A stretch of DNA of 41,224 bases from Octopus bimaculoides. Lineage: Eukaryota. This document shows, one piece after another, positions 35,145 through 41,224 of this stretch. Numbering within the stretch: the stretch's first letter is position 1; every line of letters starts with the position of its first letter. The position numbers and the translations under genes were made by a program. Location of the stretch: the NCBI RefSeq assembly GCF_001194135.2, contig NC_068986.1:90223374-90264597 (forward strand), in the 5' to 3' direction. The notes under the pieces were generated by a model, which saw only the letters and a program-made list of their open reading frames with translations, did no database searches and had not been told where the DNA came from.

Positions 35145-38100
35145 NNNNNNNNNNNNNNNNNNNNNNNNNNNNNNNNNNNNNNNNNNNNNNNNNNNNNNNN
35201 NNNNNNNNNNNNNNNNNNNNNNNNNNNNNNNNNNNNNNNNNNNNNNNNNNNNNNNNNNNNNNNNNNNNNNNNNNNNNNNNNNNNNNNNNNNNNNNNNNNN
35301 NNNNNNNNNNNNNNNNNNNNNNNNNNNNNNNNNNNNNNNNNNNNNNNNNNNTAAGAGAGAGAGAGAGAGAGAGAGAGAGACGCATACACAGAGTAGTTGC
35401 TTTGTCATTTTGTTAGAGAAAATAAGCCACAAGATGGAGGCATATATACATCATCACCATTAATTTTTAACATCCACTTTCCCTACTGGCATGGGTTGGA
35501 CAGTTTGACATAGAACTGGCTAACAGGGGGCTGAGAACTGTATTATAACTGTATAATTACAGAAATAATTACAGAGGCATCAAATTGATGGACCAGTCGA
35601 TGAAAGTCACAGGAAGGCTCATAGCTTAATTAATTAGGAACAGAGTTGGTCTATTCATTGCTATACTTGTTGCCAACTGTCACCTTATTGGCAGTATCCC
35701 TGTACATGGCTTGTACTGCTCTCACTAACCACTCATCTATCCTTAGCTTCTCCATTGACCACCAGATAAAGGAACAGGGGGCCCTGTCAAAAGGCTTTCT
35801 CCATGTCAACAAAAGCCAAGTACAGAGTTTATTTTTGGCTAGGCTAAATATTTCTCCTGCAGTTGTCTAACAAGGAATATGGCATCAGTCATGCTTCTGC
35901 CTGGCACAAATCCAAACTGCATCTCATCTAGACCAATTCTGTTCCTAATTAATTAAGCTATGACCCTTCCTGTGACTTTCATCACCTGGTCCTTCAATTT
36001 GATGCCTCTGTAATTATTTCTGTAATTATACAGTTATAATATATATACAAGACTGCTCCCTAGACTATTGTATTGTCTCAGGTATCATCATTGAAATGTA
36101 AGGATCATGACAGATATGGCAAGACATCCTACAGTCATGGAATGGTATTTTTTTGTCACTTCTGAAAGGATAAAAGGCAAATATGACCTTGGCATTGTGT
36201 AGATAGTCAAGGAAAATACCATGATGCATAATTCATTCAACTCTTTTATGAGTCAATCAATTCACCTTTGATATCTATCCATCCATTAATTAATCTAAGT
36301 ATAGTGTTATAGATCCATTTCAGCCAACCTTACTAATTGGTTTCACACTGGGTATTAGATAACTGGATATCAGATACATGTATGGTTTCTTCAGAGATGG
36401 CATCTATGGAAAAGATTTTTTCCATATCTGCCATCTCTGAAGTGTACATGGTGTTAATTAACCATGCTGTTATCTAATATCCAGTGCAAAACTGCTTGGT
36501 AAGATCAGCTGAAATAGATCTATAATATTGTATATTTTGATTAATACACCCACTCTAGCGACAAATATATGAGTAAATATTTTTTTCTGTCTTATGAATT
36601 CTTAAATGATTATATATACATATGTATGCAAAAGGCTTCTTTCACTTTACTGTGTGGGTGGGGGGGTTTAGAAGTTTGTTTCCAAACCACATGGTTTTAG
36701 GTTTAGTTCCATTGTGTGGCAACTTGGCCAGGTGTCTTCTAGCAAAGGCCTAGACCAAACAAAGCTTTGTGAGTGGATTTAGTAGATGGAAGCTAAAAGA
36801 AGCCTCTTGCATACATATCATAGCTATTATGCAAAAGTGTTGTAAGTCCAAAACATTGCTTTTTCAGAAAACAAGAAAATAGTTTCACCATTCCATAGCA
36901 AAACCATTGTACTACACTTTGACAATTTTTGATATCTTGGTATCTGAAGCAGCTGGAAAACCAGCTATGGCAAGCAAAATTAAATATTGAAAAAATGCAT
37001 TTGGCCAAATTTGGACATATGACAGTTTAACATAATAGCAATGATATGTATATGTGTGTGTGTGTGTTGTTGTCCTTTGGCCTTGACTTCATGTGATAAT
37101 TGTAAATGAATGTCACCATCATACAAGCAATGTTCATCAATTACAATCTTCCCAGAAAATATGCTTGGTCATGGGGAATATTACTTTGGTTGGGAAAAGG
37201 TGAGACGGGTTGAGGAAAATTTGTCTCAACAAATTCTGTCTGAGCCACGCAAACATGAAAAAATTGAGATTAGATGATGATGATGATGATAGTATATATA
37301 AGTATAGTAACCTTGGTGGTGATGGTGCTATATAAAAAGCACTGAGTCCACTCTGTAATGTTGGTGAGAAGAGCAGAGCAGAAAGTGGAGTTTGGTGCAG
37401 TACCCTAGCTTATCACCTCCTGTCACACCACCCAACCTATGCCAGCATGGAAGATGGATGTTAAATGATGATGATGATATATAGAAACAAATAACAACAA
37501 ATGGATATTGGTTCTTTTGCTATAGCTGTTCCAAACAAGCTTTGTTTTTATTGATGAACAGAGTTATTACATTATGTGAAAAAAATTGTTTTTATCAGGT
37601 GAATATACACGAATTAAACATTTTAAAAAAGCATTCCAAGAATCAACATTATGTGCCAATTCATGATTCCCTTCTTAGCTTCAGTCAAAGAATGTGTTTT
37701 AGGTGCAGCCTTAAAATTTGTGGTATATTCAGTTGGGCACTTGTGATCATATATGCAACTGGAATATATGTACGTATATGTTCCTCCGTGGAGGCGCAAT
37801 GGCCCAGTGGTTAGGGCAATGGACTCGCAGTCATAGGATCACGGTTTCGATTCCCAGACCGGGCGTTTTGAGTGTTTATTGAGCGAAAACACCTAAAGCT
37901 CCACGAGGCTCCGGCAGGGAATGGTGGCAAACCCTGCTATACTCTTCCACCACAACTTTCTCTCACTCTTACATCCTGTTTCTGTTGTGCCTGTAATTCA
38001 AAGGGTCAGCCTTGTCACACTGTGTCACGCTGAATATCCCCGAGAACTACGTTAAGGGTACACGTGTCTGTGGAGTGCTCAGCCACTTGCACATTAACTT

Positions 38101-40217
38101 CACGAGCAGGCTGTTCCGTTGATCGGATCAACTGGAACCCTCGACGTCGTAAGCGATGGAGTGCCAACAACAACAACATATGTTCCTCTAATTTTGTTTT
38201 ATACACAATTGCTATTTCTTTGAGCTGAACTTGGTGTTTTGCTATTCAGGTACCTGATTCACTCAAATCCTGAACTTATATCTGTCAGCATATCAATGAA
38301 AACTATAAACATTGATAAAAGAACTAAAAATTTAGTGACACTCCTTTGTCATGCTTTGCACTGGAAGTGCTGTAAACAAAAAAGTAGTCATGTGTGACAC
38401 AATCATATGGTTGTCATATTCATACTTTATTTTATATTATAGATCTTAGGGACAACAGTGCAGGTTAAAGATCTTAAATGGGCCAATCACTGGTTTACAG
38501 CACTTCCAGTGCAAAGCATGACAAAGGTGGTGGTGGTGGTGGTGGTGGTGGTGGTTCTTCTTCTTCTTCTTCTTCTTCTTTCTACTACAGGCATAAGGCC
38601 TGAAATTTTAAGGGAAGGAGTTAGTTGATTACATCAACCCCAGTACTCAACTGGTACATATTTTAATGACTCCGAAAGGATGAAATACATAATAGACCTT
38701 GGCAGAATTTAATGGAAGAAATGCTACAAAGCATTTAGTCTTGTATACTAATGATTCTGTCAGCTTGCCACCTATCTATAATCAAAGGCGTTCCAACCAT
38801 GACCATACTGTCTTTTCATGGGTGTATAGGACTATATTATCCAATGTATGTATTTATTATGTAAAATAACGGTAGTGTAATTTGAGGGAGGTTTAGCTGC
38901 TATTTCTAGCAGGTTGCATGATTATATAGATACTCTTTTGTTGACTTGTTATCCTCCTACGATAATGTGTGGAACACTGTTATAAATGATTTGTTATTGA
39001 TGTTGTTTAACCCTAGGTCAAATCAGGTCAGGCAACCATGTAGAAGCTCTTTTATCGACTCCAATGATATACAACATAAATGATTTGTAATTTGTTGCAG
39101 TTTTGTGACAGGAATGTTTGGAGGTCAGACAGAACTAATTAAATTATTGAAAATAATGTTTGATCTTTGATACAAAGAAATATATCCAATAATTACTTGT
39201 TATTTTCTAGGTTTTGACTGGAATTTAGTCTTCAAATGGGACTATATGTCTTCAGAGGAAATTAGGAAGAGAGAGACCAATCCAACGCTTCCAATTAAGT
39301 AATATATCATTTTGCCTCTTTTTTCATCTGTTCATTCTTGCCTTCCTCTTTTCATCCTCACTTATTTTTGTTGTTTTTCTTGTCTCTCACTATCTTTTTA
39401 TCATCCTATATATTCAGTTTTTCTGTCTTCCTTTCAGAACATGCGTGTCTATCTTTCTGTCTATCTGTACACCTCTCTCTATCTAAATGTGTGTGATTGC
39501 AAAGAAAGTTCTTAGCTAAGAATGAGTTGTAGGGTGCCATGCTCTATGACCTTGTACACATACATTGATGAAATCCCAATTCTAGGGTTGAAACCAGTCT
39601 GGCTGTTGACTTTTTTCTGTCTACAAAGTTACTATATGTATGTTTGTGTGCGTCCGCGTCCGCGTGTGTGTGTGTGTATGTATGTATGTGTGTATATATA
39701 TATATGTGTGTGTGTGTGTGGACAAGTTCTGTACACATAGCTCACTAAAAATTTTAAGATATGCATATGTGGTGTGTGTGTGTGCATGTGCGTGCTATGT
39801 GGATATGTTTGAGTATGTTAATACATATGAGCGGTATGTCATTTTGGTTTATGTGTGTAAGTGGTTATACCATTAATATGTGAGTGTGTGTGTATATACA
39901 TCTGTATTTGGGTTTATGTAAATTCTTTTACATTGCACACTTATGGTTAGACATGTAAGCTTGTATGTATACATACATGTAAGTACGCACACACACATAT
40001 ATGTGTGTGTATGTGTGTCTGTCTTATATGTCAGTATATATGAAATACAGAATGAAAAATAGCTATATGTATGTATAGATGTATTCACATGTGGTTTCTC
40101 TTTGTCTTTAAAGGACTCCACTCATTGCCGGTGGATTATTTACGATAGACAAATCTTGGTTCAATGAACTTGGCAAATATGATACCAAAATGGATGTTTG
40201 GGGAGGAGAAAATATTG
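22751..40217 (+). CDS. GALNT2: Partial multi-exon gene (6 internal exons, 536 nt coding): polypeptide N-acetylgalactosaminyltransferase, GT27 catalytic domain, GALNT2-like
   Basis: Hand-spliced exons form one open frame with GalNAc-T motifs [19 protein letters not shown], the DxH metal-binding motif (FLDSHCEC), SPIIDVI, GGFDWNL, IAGGLF and WGGEN. It resembles vertebrate GALNT2 as I recall it. A GALNT14/16-type paralogue is not excluded. Confidence 0.9.
23902..24325 (+). mobile_element. Full-length SINE A+B: tRNA-like head, (TA)n(TG)n spacer, B body, AAAAGAGT-type tail
   Basis: Shows that families A and B are two halves of one element. Confidence 0.9.
24897..25150 (-). mobile_element. Family C RTE-tail SINE, ending about 90 bp upstream of a GALNT2-like exon
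   Basis: CATCATCGTTTAACGTCCGCTTTCCATGCTAGCATGGGTTGGACG...GATGCCCTTCCTAACGCCAACC; similar to 41127-41224, 31540-31905 and 33075-33290. Confidence 0.88.
25241..25306 (+). CDS. GALNT2: GALNT2-like exon (66 nt): (P)[21 protein letters not shown](G)
   Basis: Acceptor atattttcag|CT, donor G|gtaagg; phase 1 to 1; [12 protein letters not shown] motif. Confidence 0.95.
26889..27010 (+). CDS. GALNT2: GALNT2-like exon (122 nt): (G)[40 protein letters not shown]
   Basis: Acceptor ttcctgttgcag|GT, donor GAG|gtaatt; contains the DxH motif (DSH). Confidence 0.97.
27640..28100 (-). mobile_element. Internally deleted RTE-clade element (5' region and endonuclease start joined to a 3' end)
   Basis: Reverse frame (27975-27757) reads [71 protein letters not shown]. 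It matches the recalled RTE endonuclease N-terminus GTWNVRTM...IAAEMRRY.L..LGISET.W..G....LLYSGHEE...HT.GV. It is followed by an [11 protein letters not shown]-like C-terminal piece. Confidence 0.75.
28135..28301 (-). mobile_element. SINE family B part running into an assembly gap
   Basis: Reverse complement of 24150-24325. Confidence 0.85.
28302..28806. other. Assembly gap (505 N)
   Basis: Run of n. Confidence 1.
28909..29071 (-). mobile_element. SINE family A head, same subfamily as 23902-24065
   Basis: About 5 differences in about 165 bp by eye; shares diagnostic CATCTTGG, TAGACTCGG and GGATCTGG variants. Confidence 0.92.
29620..29904. mobile_element. Degenerate hAT (Charlie-like) MITE
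   Basis: CGGTGATTCCCAA...TTTGAGAACCACTG terminal similarity; the left flank is NTCTAGAN-like but the TSD is not conserved. Confidence 0.55.
30494..30878 (+). mobile_element. Full-length SINE family D
   Basis: tRNA-like head GTGGAGGCGCAATGACCCAGTGGTTAGGG...GTTTCGATTCCC; 10-bp TSD GCATACATAT at 30484-30493 and 30879-30888. Confidence 0.93.
31040..31350 (+). mobile_element. SINE A+B (diverged, truncated)
   Basis: Head, (TA/TG)n spacer and start of the B body. Confidence 0.75.
31540..31905 (-). mobile_element. Family C RTE-tail SINE with an internally duplicated ~60-bp segment
   Basis: GGGAGCCAGTTAGGAGGCACTGGCATCATTCATGCTCAAATG and GGGTGCCAGTCAGATGGCACTGGTATCGTCCATGCTCGAATG occur in tandem. 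Confidence 0.75.
32239..32326 (+). CDS. GALNT2: GALNT2-like exon (88 nt): [29 protein letters not shown](G)
   Basis: Acceptor ttttatttttcag|GAC, donor G|gtaatg; phase 0 to 1. Confidence 0.96.
32341..32550 (-). mobile_element. SINE family E starting 14 bp downstream of an exon donor
   Basis: CTTTCTACTATAGGCACAAGACCTGAAATTTT...GGAATTTGAACTCAGAAC...TTCTGCCAGCT. Confidence 0.85.
33290..33720 (+). repeat. Purine-rich (GA/GGA) low-complexity tract
   Basis: Strong strand asymmetry; G-tracts at 33384-33415. Confidence 0.7.
34014..34243. mobile_element. piggyBac-like MITE, second family (TTAA|CCCTTTTGTTACC...GGTATCAAAAGGC|TTAA)
   Basis: TTAA flanks and ~13-bp imperfect TIR; a partial left end of the same family lies at 40872-40935. 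Confidence 0.75.
35145..35351. other. Assembly gap (207 N) between (TA)n and (GA)n tracts
   Basis: Run of n. Confidence 1.
35541..36041. mobile_element. RTE RT fragment arranged as a fold-back (112-bp inverted arms)
   Basis: Left arm (+) reads [28 protein letters not shown]. The minus strand 36041-35653 reads the same segment and continues ...[30 protein letters not shown]...FVDMEKAF...[38 protein letters not shown]. Confidence 0.85.
36308..36524. repeat. 217-bp imperfect palindrome (hairpin MITE-like), TA-flanked
   Basis: Outer arms TATAGATCCATTTCAGC...GGTATTAGATAAC / GTTATCTAATATCC...GCTGAAATAGATCTATA; inner stem CTTCAGAGATGG...TATGGAAAA / TTTTCCATA...CCATCTCTGAAG. Confidence 0.85.
37787..38177 (+). 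mobile_element. Full-length SINE family D
   Basis: 11-bp TSD ATATGTTCCTC at 37776-37786 and 38178-38188; (CAA)n tail. Confidence 0.93.
38343..38527. repeat. 185-bp element bounded by a perfect 35-bp inverted repeat
   Basis: CCTTTGTCATGCTTTGCACTGGAAGTGCTGTAAAC (38343-38377) is the exact reverse complement of 38493-38527. Confidence 0.9.
38556..38770 (-). mobile_element. SINE family E with (TTC)n tail, preceded by (GGT)n
   Basis: Homologous to 32341-32550. Confidence 0.75.
39211..39298 (+). CDS. GALNT2: GALNT2-like exon (88 nt): (G)[28 protein letters not shown](K)
   Basis: Acceptor ttattttctag|GT, donor AA|gtaata; [13 protein letters not shown] motif. Confidence 0.96.
40114..40217 (+). CDS. 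GALNT2: GALNT2-like exon (104 nt): (K)[34 protein letters not shown](E)
   Basis: Acceptor ctttgtctttaaag|G, donor G|gtatgc; Gal/GalNAc-T motif AGGLF...WGGEN. Confidence 0.96.
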
Positions 40218-40559
40218 GTATGCAATTTTTTTTAGCCATTGTTATTGTTGTTTACAATGTCATTTTATATTTTGGGTCAAGACCCAGACAGTTTGCTTTG
40301 GGCCAAAAGATTCTAACAACTGATCACTACAAAATGATTATTCTTATAATTCTATCTTTCTTTCTTCATTCAGTACATTCTTTTGTCTGGTAATTTCAAA
40401 GAATTACAGAGCAAAGCTCATCACATTTAATCTGTACTTATATCAGCACATCTAATCTGTACACAGTTCAACTGTTAATCTATGGTCAACCTGTATCCCA
40501 TCTATATCTCTTTTATGAATATTAAAGCAAGCTCTACTCTTCTAAATTATCTGATGGTA

Positions 40560-40848
40560 TAGTGAATTTGATTCCCAGACCAGGCTGTGTGCTGTGTTCT
40601 TGAGCAAGATACTTTATTTCACACTGCACCAGTTCACTCAGCTGTAGAAATGAATTGTGATGTCACTGGTGCTAATCTGTATTAGCTTTTTCATTTCCCT
40701 TGGATAACATTGGTGGTATGGAGTTGGGAGGCTGATATGCATGGGTGACTGCCAGACTTCCACAAAAGAACCTTACCTGGACTTGTTCCTCAGAAGGGAA
40801 GTTTCTAGGTGCAATCCCATGATCATTCATGAACGAAGGGTGTCTTTT
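40560..40848 (+). mobile_element. Diverged tRNA-derived SINE
   Basis: GATTCCCAGACC...GTGTTCTTGAGCAAGATACTTTATTTCAC...CCAGTTCACTCAGCTGTAGAAATG, a typical SINE head/core remnant. Confidence 0.55.
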
Positions 40849-40939
40849 ATACCATTTCCATTTAAACCTATTTAACCTTTTTGTTACCATATTTCTTTGA
40901 AAATGCATCCTCTTTATTTCATTTAATTTTGTAATATAG

Positions 40940-41224
40940 GCACAGGAGTGGCTGTGTGGTAAGTAGCTTGCTTACCAACCACATGGTTCCGGGTACAGTC
41001 CCACTGTGTGGCACCTTGGGCAAGTGTCTTCTACTATAGCCTCGGGCCGACCAAAGCCTTGTGAGTGGATTTGGTAGACGGAAACTGAAAGAAGCCTGTG
41101 GTATATATGTATGTATGTATGTGTATCATCATCATCATCATCATCGTTTAACGTCCGCTTTCCATGCTAGCATGGGTTGGACGATTTGACTGAGGACTGG
41201 TGAAACCGGATGGCAACACCAGGC
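40940..41224. mobile_element. SINE family A head (+, 40940-41100) followed by (CAT)n and a family C tail (-, 41127-41224; cut by the window end)
   Basis: Both closely match other copies in the window. Confidence 0.88.

Overview
AT-rich, microsatellite- and SINE-saturated animal genomic DNA with two N-gaps (28302-28806, 35145-35351). The repeat families look like those of an octopus or other coleoid cephalopod; this is inference from recalled repeat motifs, not a search. One host gene is supported: six internal + strand exons (22751-40217) of a polypeptide N-acetylgalactosaminyltransferase, GALNT2-like. All six have AG/GT boundaries and matching phases, and join to [180 protein letters not shown] found no 5' exons or lectin-domain exons in the window, so the rest is probably intron. 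It holds several tRNA-derived SINE families, RTE, Tx1/L1-like and I/Jockey-like LINE remnants, and MITEs (Tc2-like, hAT-like, piggyBac-like). Nearly all ORFs in the supplied track are artefacts of repeats or gaps. The most unusual items are: (i) a young ~650-bp GG-ended, 8-bp-TSD (Merlin-like) MITE with a TTAGGG core, present twice; (ii) a second, different-looking TTAGGG-core insertion; (iii) three fold-back structures in one intron; (iv) nested inverted SINE pairs around two exons. I see no evidence of a prokaryote-type novel system such as CRISPR or a defence operon.
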